A stretch of 64,000 bases of DNA from Octopus sinensis (taxonomy: Eukaryota): contig NC_043003.1 in NCBI RefSeq assembly GCF_006345805.1, positions 15,996,001 to 16,060,000 on the forward strand. The letters run 5' to 3'. The notes under the pieces are model-generated. The model worked only from the letters and a program-made list of their open reading frames with translations. It did not search any database and was not told where the DNA came from. Positions 36,986 to 50,950 of this stretch are shown piece by piece (positions within the stretch are counted from its first letter, which is position 1; every line of letters starts with the position of its first letter). A program made the translations under genes and the position numbers.

Positions 36986-37823
36986 GTTCTGTCGAGATCG
37001 ACTTTGCATTTCACCCTTCCAGATTTCAAGATATTAGTACCAGTCGAGAACTAGGCTCGTCGACTGTTCCCCCCCCCCCCTCCACCCTACTAAAATTGAT
37101 GGCTTTGTGCCAAAACGATACAGAACTATTATTATTGAATGCTGTCGTGTGTAGATGTATCTTCGCCTCGCTGCCAGAATTTCTGAGTTTTTATCAAGAA
37201 CAACAGAAAAAAAAAACAATTCCTTTTGGATAATTTCTCAGCAGTAACTGGAAAATCTTGGATGTCTTCATACCACTTTCCGAGAGAGGCAGAGACACAG
37301 AGACATACAAGTCTTGTATTTTTGATATAAGTTTATTTTTTCTCTTTATTTGAAATCACGGTTGGCTTCTAGTCAGCGATATTCCTCCTAAAAAATTTTT
37401 TTAAATGAGAAAACAGAAAGAGACAAATAGTTAATATGAATATAAGTAACTATGAAGAACAAAGAAAAGCGTAATAAAACAAGAAATTAACGTCAGAACA
37501 AGTCTTACTCGTTGTACAGGGGAAAAAAAAACTATTTCAAGTGTTAAAGACATCAATTTGAAATGTTTGAATGCACTCATATGTCCTATCCGTGTGGATC
37601 GACCTATTCCGGAGCATGCTCACCCTTTTTTCAGTCTCATCATCATTATCATCAACACTACTTATCGCATCACTGGTGAATTTATATATATATATATATA
37701 TATAATATATATATATATACATATATATATGTATGTAGATAGATAGATGGATGTATCTACACACATATATATATATGCATGTATATATATATGTGTATAT
37801 ATATGTGTATGTATATATATATA

Positions 37824-37856
<33 letters not shown>

Positions 37857-37909
37857 ATAAACGATGACATTAAACGATGATGATGATATTGATTATATAT
37901 ATATATATA

Positions 37910-38310
37910 TAATGTCTGTTGTCCATGCTAGCATTGGTTGGACAGTTTGACCAGGGCTGGTAAGCTGGAAGGTTGTACCAGATTCCAGTCTGATTTGGAA
38001 ATGGATTTTCTACGGCTGGATACCTTTCCTAACTCCAAACACTCCAAGAGTGTAATGGGTGTTTTTACATGTCACCGGCACGGGTGCTATTTGCGTGACA
38101 CCAGACTTATTTTACGTAACACCGGTATCTGCCACGACTGCGATTTTGCTCGGCTTGATGGGTATTCTTCTCAAGCACAGCATAATGCCAAAGATCTCCT
38201 GTCAGGTGTCGCAGATGAACCAACTTCGCGGCAGGGGGTGCAGATGAGGGCATTTGCATCAAAGTCTTTCATGCACCAAATGTTGATTGCTAAAAAGCAT
38301 TTGTGAAGTA
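37910..38310 (-). mobile_element. SINE family E, diverged
   Basis: TCCATGCTAGCATTGGTTGGACAG end, with a body shared with 9300-9495. Confidence 0.55.
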
Positions 38311-38571
38311 AAATTATGTAGCAACACCAATGGCGGTGCCCCAGCATGGCCACAGCTCGTGAGCTGAAACCAGATGAAATTTTAAAAAAATAAATAAATA
38401 TACGATGTGAGACAGGGAAGTTGACTTCTACAACACTTAGGGTCTGCGTAGCCAGATCCTTATGGCCAAGTAAGATCACAAAGCTATCTCTAGAGCAGAT
38501 ATAAGGTCGATCATACCAGTGACGGAGAGGAAAAGGCCCGACCAGTACAGGCGTCGTAAAAAAAAATTCAG

Positions 38572-38741
38572 TTTTGCCCTGAAGAGGCGGAAAGCGGGAA
38601 AAGAAGTCGGCACACAACACTATGGGCAGCGGCAACAACAGGTCACCCGAGACGAAGACTATGGCTGTCGCTCCTTCCATCACCAGTCAGTATGTCGAGC
38701 ACGGTATGAGCTGAAACAAAGACAAATGAAATCACCTCAGC
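38572..38741. repeat. GC-rich segment duplicated at 40256-40430
   Basis: Six substitutions plus +1 and +5 indels between the copies, counted by eye. Confidence 0.9.
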
Positions 38742-40434
38742 ATCAATATCAGCCACAACAGAGGCCGACGAGGCAGTGTATGGAGAAGCTGAACGTTCTC
38801 GTGCAACAGTGGTTCTCAATTTATGTTTACTAAATTATCTAATTACAGACATTTCAATTAATTTATCATAATATTCACAAATCCCTAAGTCATAATTATA
38901 TTATTGTATAATATTGGTTTTCAACAAATAACAAAAGTATTGTAAATAAAATTACAAATAATTATTATAAATACAAATTCAGTGAAATTCTATAAAGCTA
39001 TAGACTTATGACGATATAAATTTATAATAAATAATATAAAATTTCTTTAATTCATATGGCTATAATTGAAATAATATAATTATATATAACAATTAAAAGC
39101 TATTATTTTTCTTATATTTATACAGTCTTATATATATCTAATAACCGAAGAATCATTTATTTTAAATATCCAGATAGATTTATTCCATGTACAACAAGCA
39201 AGTGTGGCGATAGGCAGGAGAGGGAACCTAATGAAAAGCAGAAACCATCGGGTTGAGGGAATAATATGACAGGCAGTGGCTGCGTGGTAAGTAGCTTACT
39301 TACTAACCACATGGTTCCGGGTTCAGTCCCACTGAGTGGCACCTTGGGTAAGTGTATTCTACTATAGCCTCGGGCCGACCAAAGCCTTGTGAGTGGATTT
39401 GGTAGACGGAAACTGAAAGAAGCCCGCCGTATATATGTATATGTATATATTTATATATGTGTGTTTGTGCGTCTGTGTTTGTACCCCCAACATCGCTTGA
39501 CAACCGATGCTGGTGTGTTTACGTCCCCGTAACTTAGCGGTTCGGCAAAAGAGAACGATAGAATAAATACTAGGCTTACAAAGAATAAGTCCTGGGGATC
39601 GATTTGTCCGACTAAAGGCAGTGCTCCAGCATGGCCGCAGTCTAATGACTGAAACAAGTAAAAGAGTAAAGAGTATGGGCGAAAACAGAATGTGCTGTAA
39701 CTAAAGGCAAGCATGATGTTAGACCGTCAAGAAGAGGCACTTTTTTTCTTGAAGCTGCGTTGGTTTCGCGGTTGCCCAGATCAGTAGCGAGAACGTAAGG
39801 GATCTCCTAAACGACATGAGAAAGCAAGAAGCGTATCATATAGATTAAAAGACAAGAGAACTGGTAAGAATATTTTGAAAGACAAAACGGAAACTTGAAA
39901 GTTCGAAAGTACCGGGTTGCAGTAAGTGAACGAATGGGAAGGAGATTAGAGCCGTGAAGCAGCCTGATCCTGCTCCTGTGATAACTTCTCGCCCCTTCGT
40001 CTGCGGGTCTCCCTTATTCGTTTTAGTGAATATTTTATATATCTTAACATACTCTATTGTTTTTGCTTCGGGCCACATTTAATTCATAAATGTGTCTATT
40101 TATGTAAGTATTATGTCTTCTATTTCTGCATGTATGTACACACTTATATGGTTTGTACACTCTATAAAATACTTTTTCTTTGGTATGTATGGGACCTTGT
40201 GACCGATAAAGACAATATCATCATCATCGTCATCATCATCATTATTATTATTTATTTTTGCCTGAAGAAGCGGAAATCGGGAAAACAAGTCGGCACACAA
40301 CACTATGGGCAGCGGCAACAACAGGTCACCCAAGACGAAGATTATGGCTCGTCGTTCCTTCCATACCATCACCAGTCAGTGTGTCGAGCACGGTATGAGC
40401 TGAAACAAAGACAAATGAAATCACCTCAGCCTGA

Positions 40435-41010
40435 ATGATAATGTAGTTATTTATCTCAAGGCTGGGTGACAAGTCTCCTCAAATCTCAGGAATCTTTCTC
40501 ATAATTCTTGCAGAATATAGAATGGTACTTTTCCGCGGGTCGACAATGCAAATTTCAATTCCAACTGCTTTCAGTCTTCTAGGTAGCATTTGGGTGTTGT
40601 GCCAAATGCACCAATTACTACTGGAATTATTGTGGTCTTGGTCTTCCATAGTCTCCTCACCTACCGGGCTAATTCCTGATATTTATCAATCTTTTCAATT
40701 TCTTTGGTATCGACTCTGCGATGTCATAGGGAGTTGAAAAATATATAATCTTACCCTGTTTATTTTGTCTTCTATGATCATGTCCGCTGTTCTTGCTTTA
40801 GTAGTATGATCAGTTTTTATCGGGAAATCCCACAATATTATGTAATTTACATTTTCTTTCACAACCTCTGGTTCGTGTTCATTCCCCTTTTCTACTGCTT
40901 TGATGCTATACACTTGACTAGCATCCCAATGCACTCTTTGCCTGCACAATCATGTCAGCGTTTATACTCCTTTTCTGCTAATATACCGCACTCGTTTAAA
41001 ATGCGATTGT
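40435..41010 (-). mobile_element. Second R4-type RLE retrotransposon 3' remnant
   Basis: HILNECGILAEKEYKR*HD, HWD...EHEPEVV...ILWDFPIKTD, KEIEKIDKYQELA...WKTKTTIIPVVIGAFG. Confidence 0.85.
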
Positions 41011-41084
41011 CACTTTCGTTTCTTTTACCCAAAGCCACGAGGTTTTCAGCCCCCCTCCCACTCCCTCGCCTCGTAAAAAGAATA

Positions 41085-41345
41085 GGTGAAGACGCGTAAC
41101 TTTGTGGTTAAGGTATTGCACTCACGCTCAATCGATCATGAGTTCGATCCCTGGACCCAGCAGTGCGTTGTATTCTTACCAGTCCATTGGTAACCTTGTG
41201 ATGGAATAGACTTCCATTTCGCGGGAATATTGGCCTACTCGCCTAGCCAGTACGATGGCATCATTCGAAAGTTAAAACAATTCGAAAAGCATTGTGACTA
41301 GCGATGTATAACAGCATCCGATTGTACGGTCGATACCAGAATAAA
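41085..41345 (+). mobile_element. tRNA-headed SINE-like element (family D)
   Basis: TTGTGGTTAAGG A-box-like and GAGTTCGATCCC B-box, followed by a non-coding body. Confidence 0.5.
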
Positions 41346-41569
41346 GAATAGAGGAAAATGTTGAACAGTTGTAAGTTATCACCTATTTAATAAAGAGATT
41401 CTTATAGGAATGAGTTTCTTTTTGATTTAAATTTATGAACTATTCCATAAATTAGAGTTGTTGTTTTTTATTACTGAACTCTATAAGATGTGTGAACGGA
41501 AAAAATTAAAATTTTTGTTGATTATTTTCATTCATGCTTTATGATTTCTGGGTCACCCACAAAAAAAAA

Positions 41570-42390
41570 TTTCTGATTGTTTATTTGATAGCTGACCAAT
41601 AAAGTGTATTGACCTGCTAATTGTTATAAAAATATCACTTTATTCGAAGGCAATGGATGGCTCCTAAACATAGCAACTTTTAATAAATATTACGTCAAAG
41701 CGAAATGAACTGAATATTGCATTACAAAATAATAACAGAAATATTATCGTCAAGATCTTTTCCACAAATTCTTTTAAAATGAAACTTTTTTGCGGAAAAA
41801 CCAGCTTTTCCAAAAATATTACAGTTTTAATAATTAAAAATGGATCTGATAAGATGAGTTTAACTTCGAGTAAAAGCTATGTTAATTATGATTTTCCATG
41901 TTTTTTTTAAAGAAAATCTATTTTACCTCTTTAAAAAAAAACAATGATTTTAATAAGATTTCTGTAATGGGTTTGTTTGTTTGCTTGTTTGCTTTTTGTA
42001 GTTGTTTTTGAATTTTGTACTCTTTCCATTTGGTTGCAAATAACATGGAATCGGAATATTGGTGATTTACAGATGCAGATTAATTGCTTACAAAGCGACA
42101 TTGTTTTAAAAAAACCTACCAGAATTCTGATATGTGGAGATTATTGAGTGATAATAAGTATCCACAATTGAGGAATGTTTATCATCGGATTTTTTAATGC
42201 TTTCAAAGTCCATATTTGTACGAAGCATCTTTTTCTCACATGAATCATGCTAAATCAAAATATCGAACATAAATGACTAACAACTATTTCGACAATTATC
42301 ATTGTGATTAGTTATTAGTAATTATCAACCTGATTACGTGAAAATTGCAGGACATTACAAGATGTCAACATGCACATTAATTTCAATAAA
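41570..42390 (+). mobile_element. Old Buster-type hAT transposase C-terminal half
   Basis: WLLNIA...NELNIALQ...SFKMKL; LQMQINCLQSDIVLK; WRLLSDNKYPQLR...SPYLYEASFSHMNHAKSKYR. Confidence 0.7.
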
Positions 42391-42934
42391 ATAATTACTT
42401 TCTAAAAATATATTCTCCATCTGTCCTCAGTCGTTAGTTTACGAATACTTTTTTGAAATGCACGCATACGAAAATTCACAGGTATACATATATGCATAAA
42501 TACATACATAGATAAATACATGCATAGATAAATGCATACATATATGCATACATAAATACATACATAAATACATAAATATATACATATATGCATACATAAA
42601 TACATACATAAATACATAAATACATAAATACATACATATATTCGTACATAAATACAAACATAAATACATGCATACATACATACATGCATGCATACATACA
42701 TACATGCATACATAAATTCATACATAAATACATACATACCTACACACGCTCACAAAGACACACACACACAGGTAAACAAATACATGAAATCTTGAAATAA
42801 ATCTGAATAATGACATACAAACATACATGCATACATACCTACATACATAAACATGCATACATACATACACACACATACATACACACACATACATACGTAC
42901 GAACGCACACACATGCATTCACATACATACATAC

Positions 42935-43440
42935 ACGATGATGAAATTCCAATGAAGGATCCTTGGGTCTAGGCTGGAAATCAGTTCTTTCTAAATTGGC
43001 AAGAAATCTTGAAATAAAACTGAATACTGACTTACAAACATATATGCATACATACATAGCTACAAATATACTTACATTCACACATTCATACATACACAAA
43101 TACATACATATGTAAACACATACATGTATATACATACATACATTCATACATGATGTTGAAATTCCAATGAAGGAGGTTTGGATCTAGGCTAGAAACAAAC
43201 TCGTTCTCTATTGGCAAAATATCTTGAAATAAAACTGAATAATTGCATGCATACGCACAGGTATACATACATATATACACACACACACACGTACACACAC
43301 ACACACACATACATACATGCTCGTACATACGCACAAATATATGATGTTGAAATTCCAATGAAGAAGCTCTGGGTCTAGGTTAGAAACAGGTTCTTTCTCT
43401 ATTGGCAAGAAATCTTGTAATAAAACTGAATAGTGACATG
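42935..43440 (+). repeat. Three tandem copies (period about 200 bp) of the CCAATGAAG element separated by (ATAC)n/(AC)n, plus a partial copy at about 42785
   Basis: Direct comparison of the units. Confidence 0.85.
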
Positions 43441-43974
43441 CATACATACATACATACATACATATATACATACATACATACATACATACATACATACATA
43501 CATACATACACATGCATACATGCATATATACACACATGCAAGACATTCCAAAGATTCTGCATCTGAGATTCTTTAGACGAATAGAGGCAAGCAAACGTGC
43601 GTGGGCATCGTCAGCTCCACCAACCCACCAACTTAATAACTAATTACTAATAACTAATCAGCTCCACCAATCCACCAACTTAATCACATATTTACAAACA
43701 CCAGGAACTCACTTTACTCAAACATTCTCGTCGCTTTGTTAGCGAACTACTTGAACTCTTTCAAGAACTTAAATAATATTTGAAGAAAAAACATACTGAA
43801 AAAGTTTAGCATTTATGTGCATATTTATACGTCTACCCATACTACTATATGTATGAGTCTACTCACATAAATCCAAACATACTGAGCTGCACATTGAGTG
43901 ATTCCAAATAGTTTCACAGTATGTATAATATGTATATATGTATGCATGTATATGTGTGTATGTATAATAATATT

Positions 43975-44520
43975 AGGGAGTATAACTCCAAACTTACAGG
44001 GAAAAATGCATTTTAGTATTAAATCAAATTTCACAATATAAATATATAATACATATGAATTAGAGAAAAACCACTATTATGTAATTAAAACAATGATACA
44101 CATAAATCATATCATATAGAAAAAATAAAATATGTTATAAAACATATATCTAGATCTCAAAAATACCAAAAAATGAATAAACATTATATAATAAGTAAAA
44201 AGACTACGTACGTTCTCGTGGCTATAACTTCAATTCGAATTACAATTAATTTTAAATTTAATCCAAAAACAATTCAATTTAAAAGTATAGTCACTCCTCA
44301 AGTCAACAATAATAACAACAATAATTAAATACATATTTTCAAAAAATAATCAAATAGAATTAAACAATATTTCTTAAAGAAATAAAAACATGATTCTTCT
44401 TATAGAAGAAACTCTGTTAATTAAATTTGAAGCTTCAAAAGCTAAGGTAAAAAATAGAGTAAATAGATAGAAAAATATATTTTCACAGATAAAATACCTT
44501 GGTATAATTTGAATTCAGGA
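43975..44520 (-). mobile_element. AT-rich element related to 63250-63450, with a decayed hammerhead-like motif
   Basis: Shares the TTAGGGA.TA..TCCAAA.TTACAGGGAAAAA end. The minus strand at 44235-44201 has GAGAAC-GTAC-GTA. Confidence 0.55.
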
Positions 44521-46634
44521 TATATTGAGTTAGTAGAAATGGCACGTACATCGTCCGACTCGTTAACGGTTCAGCCAGCTCACTTAAGGTGGTAAGCAGG
44601 CAGAATCGTTAACACGCGAAATACTTAGCGGTATTTTGTCTGCCGTTACGTTCTGAGTTCAAATTCTGCCGAGGTCGACTTTGCCTTACATCCTTTCGGG
44701 GTCGATTAAATAAGTACCAGTTACGCACTGGGGTCGATATAATCGACTTAATCCGTTGGTCTGTCCTTGTTTGTCCCCTCTGTGTTTAGCCCCTTGTGGA
44801 TAGTAAAGAAATAGATATTTCGTTTGCCGCTACGTTCTGAGTTCAAATTCCGTCGAGGTCGACTTTGCCTTTTATGCTTTCGGGGTCGATTAAATAAGTA
44901 CCAGTTACGCACTGGGTCGATGTAATCGACTTAATCCGTTTGTCTGTCTTTGTTTGTCCTCTCTGTGTTTAGCCCATTGTGGACAGTAAAGAAATAGGTA
45001 TTTCCTTTGCCGCTACGTTCTGAGTTCAAATTCCGCCGAGGTCGACTTTGCCTTTCATCCTTTTAGAGTCGATAAGTTTAGTACCAGTCGCGTACTGGGG
45101 TCGATATAATCGACTGGCCCCCTCCCCCAAAATTTCAAGCCTTGTGCCCAGAGTAAAAAGATTCTGCCAGCTCACTGCCTTTTTAAGCAATGAATAATGA
45201 ATAATGTTTCTTAACTTTGGCACAGTGCCACAGATTTAATGTGGATCCGTATCAACTACTGGGTCCGTTCCAGTACATGACTGCTATTTATTTTATCGAC
45301 CCTGGAAGAATAAATACAATAGAAAATCTCGGTGAATTTTGAACACGTGAGGCTGAAAGTGAATACCGTTTGACATTTTTATCCGATGCTGAAACGTTTC
45401 AGCTACTCCGCTTACATTTGCTAACTCAGTAATGGTTTCTGTATAAGGCACAAGCCCAGAACATTTGATAGAAGGGTTCAAACAATCCAATCGATGTATG
45501 TCACTGATAGTTTATTTTATCGACCCAGAAAAGATGAAGTTGATCCCGGTACTTGGTAGGTACTTATTTTATCGACGTCGTAAGAACGACCTCGGCGGAA
45601 TAGACGAGATACCACTAAGCATTTCGCCCGGCGTGCTAACGTTTCCGCCAGCGCATTGTCTTACACATTGATAATAATCCTTTCTACTGGAGTCACAAGG
45701 CCTGACATCTTGGAGGAGAAGGGCTTATGGATTACATCAATCCCAGTGCTCAACTGGTACTTATTTCATCGACCCCTCTGAAGAATGAAATACAAAACTG
45801 TCCTCGGTGAAATTTGAACTCAGAACGTAAATACGGATGTGATGCAGTTACTTATTTTGCTCGGCAGGCTAACGGTTCTACTTGCTCTCAATTTTAATGC
45901 TAACTCATTAATGAGCTCATCTCTACGCGGTCGTTTGACTTCTAGAAATACCAGTCAAATCTCTTCGGAAATTATTCGCAACTGTCTTGGAAAAGTATAC
46001 TTTGGGTAATATAAACTGGCATTTACCATTATTGAAAAAGAAAACAGAAAATTTATAGATTTGATGTCTTTCATAATAGGTATGTGAGATCAAAAGGCGA
46101 CATCAATAATGACAACAATGACAACGGAAGCAAATACATATTCTATAATGTATTCTAGAATAAACTATGTCTGGAAAGACAATTATGGTCCTTTGATCAT
46201 AGGTATGGTCGATAAAGTCAATTCTATCCTAGGGCTAAACAACACAAATAAGCTAACGTACTGAATAGCATAAGCAAAATATTCCGAATTAATTTAAATT
46301 ACAATCACACGTATAAAATGTATTGACCAGTGATAATAATTTGGTTTTCACCAAGGCGACCCGAGGTTCCATTCCCAGCACAGGAAAAAGAATGGTTTTA
46401 AGCGCAGGTATGGTTATGTGGTTAAGAAGTTGGTTTTGTAAATACGTGGTTTCAGGTTCAGTTCCTCTGCGTGGTAAGACGAGTAACCGATGCTTTGTGA
46501 GTGGAATTTAAAAAACGTCGAAACTGTATGGAGATCCATCGTGTGCATATGTATGTGTGTGTGTGTGTTGAGAGAGAGAGAGAAAGATTTGTACACACAC
46601 GTAAGCACACACACACACATATACACGCAGTATG

Positions 46635-46678
<44 letters not shown>

Positions 46679-46840
46679 ATATTTATATATAAGTATATAT
46701 GTTAGTGCGTGTGCTTAGAAGGTTGATTCTCAACCACATGGTTCCGGGTTCAGTCCCACTGCGAGGCTGCTTGGGCAAGTGTCTTCTACTATAGCATTGT
46801 GAGTGTATTTGGTAGACGGAAACTGGAAGAACCTCGTCAT

Positions 46841-46871
<31 letters not shown>

Positions 46872-46896
46872 AACACACACAAACACACACACACAT

Positions 46897-46990
<94 letters not shown>

Positions 46991-47574
46991 ATATATAACT
47001 AATTAATAAATAAAACATATGCATATATACATACATATATGTACGTACCTACATCTATATGTATATGTACATGCATATATGGGTACAGGACACAAAAAAA
47101 AAACGTCGAACACAATGAGAAACGAAAACATAAACACAAAACCAAGGAAATGGACATTTTTCTTAAACAACGAAAAAATAGAGTACAAGACATACAACAC
47201 AAGGAATATTCCCCTTCTTCAGCCGCCTCTGTTTCATCTACTTCGCGTAGGAACGTACGTATATGTATGTATATATGCATATGTTTTATTTATTAATTTG
47301 TTATTATATGACGAAACGCATGCATCCATTTCTATTTATGTATATATATATTAGTGTATCTGTGTTTGTCCACCGCCATCGCTTGATAACCGATGTTCGT
47401 GTGTTTATGTATCCGTAACTTAGCGGATCGACAAACGGTACCGATAGAATAAGTAGAAGGCTTACGAAAAAAATAGTGTACATTTAAACACAAGAGAAAC
47501 TGAATGGCGGTGCCCCAGCATGGCCACAGCTCGTGAGCTGAAACGAGATGAAATAAAAAAAATAAAAAATAACA

Positions 47575-48192
47575 GGTAAAGCAAGGTTGTGTCCTTGCTC
47601 CTACATTATTTGGCATCTTCTTCTCGCTGCTGCTGTCACATGCCTTTGAGACATCAGATGATGGAGTGTTTCTGCACAGTAGAAGTGATGGGAAACTGTT
47701 CAATCTCTCGCGTCTGCGTGCCAAGACCAAAATCAGAAGCGTCCTGATCAAGGAGATGCTATTTGCTGATGATGCCGCTCTGGTATTACACACAGAAAAA
47801 GCCCTACAAAGGCTCATCAACTGTTTTGAGCAAGCATGTGGCAACTTTGGCTGAGTTATCAGCCTCAAGAAGACCAACATCATGGGTCAGGCTACATCGG
47901 ACATCCCAAACATACATATTGGAGGCCACAGACTACAGGAGGTGGAGAAGTTTACCGTCACCTACAACCTATCCCTTGATGCTAAGCTCAATATACGCAT
48001 TGGCAAGGCAGCTGCTGTGATGGCCCAACTCTCCAAACGGGCATGGGTCAACAATAAGCTGACCAAGACCACAAAAAGGAAAATTTACTAGGCATGTGTA
48101 CTTAGCACTCTACTGTATGGAAGTGAGCCTTGGACGTCATACACACGCCATACGACGCCATACGTCGCCTAGATATCTTTCACCTGCGCTGC
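47575..48192 (+). mobile_element. RTE-clade LINE reverse transcriptase fragment
   Basis: VKQGCVLAPTLFGIFF...MLFADDAALV...ISLKKTNIM...RIGKAAA...LSTLLYGSEPW, with two stops and a small deletion. Confidence 0.92.
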
Positions 48193-50009
48193 AAAGTGTT
48201 GAGTAAAGTTATTTGATTGCAGACCTCCTTTCAGTCTTTTTATTATCACTCGGTCACACATAGTTCCCAGATGGTAACATTGATTTCAAGGCCTTCCCAG
48301 ATGAGTGACTAGTTAGATTTTAAATTTATTCTGTCCAGTTACGTATCAGTATAGTGTTCATTTGCAAACTCCAGAGGTGACACTTTCATTTCTCCTTAGC
48401 CCTCACGTCACACAGTTGTTAATGTTTATTTCAGTTGGGTCACGCCCTTCCAATTGCTATAGATTCGTAATGCATCTTACGGCTGTGCTTGTCACCTGGA
48501 TGGTGAGGAATCCTACATTGGGAGTGATAACGACTAGGGTAGAGTAACTGACTGCTTATTGTGATCATTCGTCTTTTGGTTTCCTGTAGCTTTGCTCTCT
48601 TTTACAAACCCAGTGGACATATATTTCCTATTTCAAAGAAATTCAAACAATCGATTTAAGACCCAAGTTAAAAAGATTCTCAACAATTCAACTTCTCTGG
48701 TTGACATTAAGATGCCCACCCCCAACAGGGGCCTTAACTCTCACATTTTAGAGCTCCATGACTTTCATTTTTCGGGAGCAGAATCTTTTTAACAGGTTCA
48801 ATAAGACTGGAATTTTGGAATATGCGCATAAAAATCGGTAGTATAGGATACATGTGGCACGATTACAATTTTTTAGGTGTGTAAAGAGGGAAATAACCCT
48901 CATCTGCAATTTTGATGAAATTCGAAACATAGATATTCCAGTTCATTAGAGAAAATATAACAGAAAAGTCTAATTCTTCAATTGTATGTAACATGAGCAA
49001 CGCCGGGTATCTCTGCTAGTATATATATATATATATATATTACACAAAGCTTCATAGTAATTATTCCATATATATTTATATTTATATTTATATATAAATA
49101 TATGTGTGTGTGTATATGCATGCATGTATTATTGTATGTGTGCATTTATGTGACTACTCACGTACGGATATAAATATGTACGTATGTATGTACTTACGTA
49201 AGCACGTACGTATGTATAATTATAAGCGTGTATAAATGTGTATATATTGTAATCAGTCAGTAATCAATCTATCGCAATAGATTTTGTCTAAATCCGGGTT
49301 CATTTAATTACTGCCAGCAGACACCAGTCTGTTTTAAGCTAATAAGCAATATTTCTATTTGCTTGTCTTCGTAAAATGTAAATAAACAAACAAACCAGTT
49401 TTCATTAAAAGTATTTGAAGTCGTATTACAAAAGTGGATTATGCAGTTTTAATGGCTCATGTGTTAATAGACATAGAAATATTATTTTTATTATTATTAT
49501 ATGTAGCTTGATTAAATGACGATGCTGGCAAAATCTTGTGTCGCTCTTTGCTTGTTGTTTTTTAATATAATTCAAATATCGCTCAAATTGACTTACTCTT
49601 TCATCACTTTTAGGGTAAATAAAATAAGTACCTGTTAAGCACCTGGTCGATGTAATCAGGTAGTTCCCTCATTCTAAAATTTATCCTTTTTACCTATTAT
49701 AGTAGGAAGAATTATACGCCTCTCAAATTAGGTGAGGAGCTAGCAGAAACATGAACGCGTCGGGCAAAATGCTTAGCGTGCGTTTCTGGTGGCTCATTAC
49801 TGTTTTAAGTTCAAATCCTTCTGAGGTCGGCTTTGCATTTCATTCTTTCGTGGTCGATAAAATAAGTACTTGTGGGGCACTGGGACTGATGTAATCGACT
49901 TACCCCTCCCCTCAAAATAACCAGCCTTCTGTCAAAATTAGAACGGATCACATGTATCTCGGGCAAAGCAATATTTCCTCTTTTGTTCCTCATTTAATGT
50001 GAGTTTAGA

Positions 50010-50950
50010 TCATGCAAGATCAGACACTATGGATTCAGAAGGAGCCATTCAGCGATGGATGCAGCAAGAAATACTTGTTCTGTGTATGGAAATGAAGTTT
50101 TAGATGTCTGGACATTCTAATGATAACTTAGCTTTTAAAAAAAAATGGACCCCCCCCCCCTTCGGTCATGAATGACCATGGGAGTGGACCTAGAAAGTTA
50201 CCCTCCGAGGTACAAGTCCGGGCAAGGTTGTTTATAGAAGACTAGCAGTCACCCATGCATATCAGCCTCCCATCTCCATACCACTGATGTTATCCAAGGG
50301 AAAGGCAAAGGGGCCAATACAGCTTGGCACCAGTGACGACGCAAATCATTTCTACAGCTGAGTGAACTGGAGCAACATAAAATAAAGTGTTTTGCTCAAG
50401 AACACAACACACAGCCCGATCAGGGAATCGAACTTACAACCTCACGATCGTAAGCTCGACGCTCTAACTACTGAGCCATCCTTATTTCACAAGGAAAGCG
50501 TCTATCTCGCAGATTCTTGTCAATCTGGACGATCAATTTCTGTCAATACTGAGCTGCTGAAAACTGGAGTTGATGAAAATCCAAAACAAACTGAACGAGA
50601 GTTAGTAAAACATTCAATTCAGGTTACACTTTGATCATAAAACCCCTTCGTGAACTAGGAAAAGTGTCTAAACGTGGTCAGCGAGTCCATCATCGAACTT
50701 CTCAGCATGGTCAAAGAGTTACCCACAGCTTCAGATCTGCTACCGATCCTTTTCTTGGTAGAATCATCAAAAGTAATGAAAAGTGGGTTCTTTATAAATC
50801 ATATTCGACGTAAACAGCAGCTAACGGTAAAAGAGAATCCATCCCTAAACCGGGACTACACCAGTAATGTGTTACGTTGTGTTTGGTGGGACTTGAAGGG
50901 TATTGTTCATCATGGAATATTAAAACAAAACGAAAGATTTTAATCGGGGT
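50010..50950 (+). mobile_element. Mariner transposase remnant split by a SINE
   Basis: SHSAMDAARNTCSVYGNEVLDV before the SINE; SGRSISVNTELLK...ENP, LGKVSKRGQRV, DPFLGRII..EKWVLY and CVWWDLKGIVHH after it. Confidence 0.8.
50150..50478 (-). mobile_element. tRNA-headed SINE inserted in the mariner
   Basis: Minus strand reads TGGCTCAGTAGTTAGAGC (A-box), GTTCGATTCC (B-box), then GTGTTGTGTTCTTGAGCAAAACAC. Confidence 0.8.

Noticed and set aside
38455-38520. MAGE/NSE3-like words (ILMAK*DHKAISRADIRSII)
   Set aside because: Short, interrupted by a stop, and the downstream sequence does not continue the domain.
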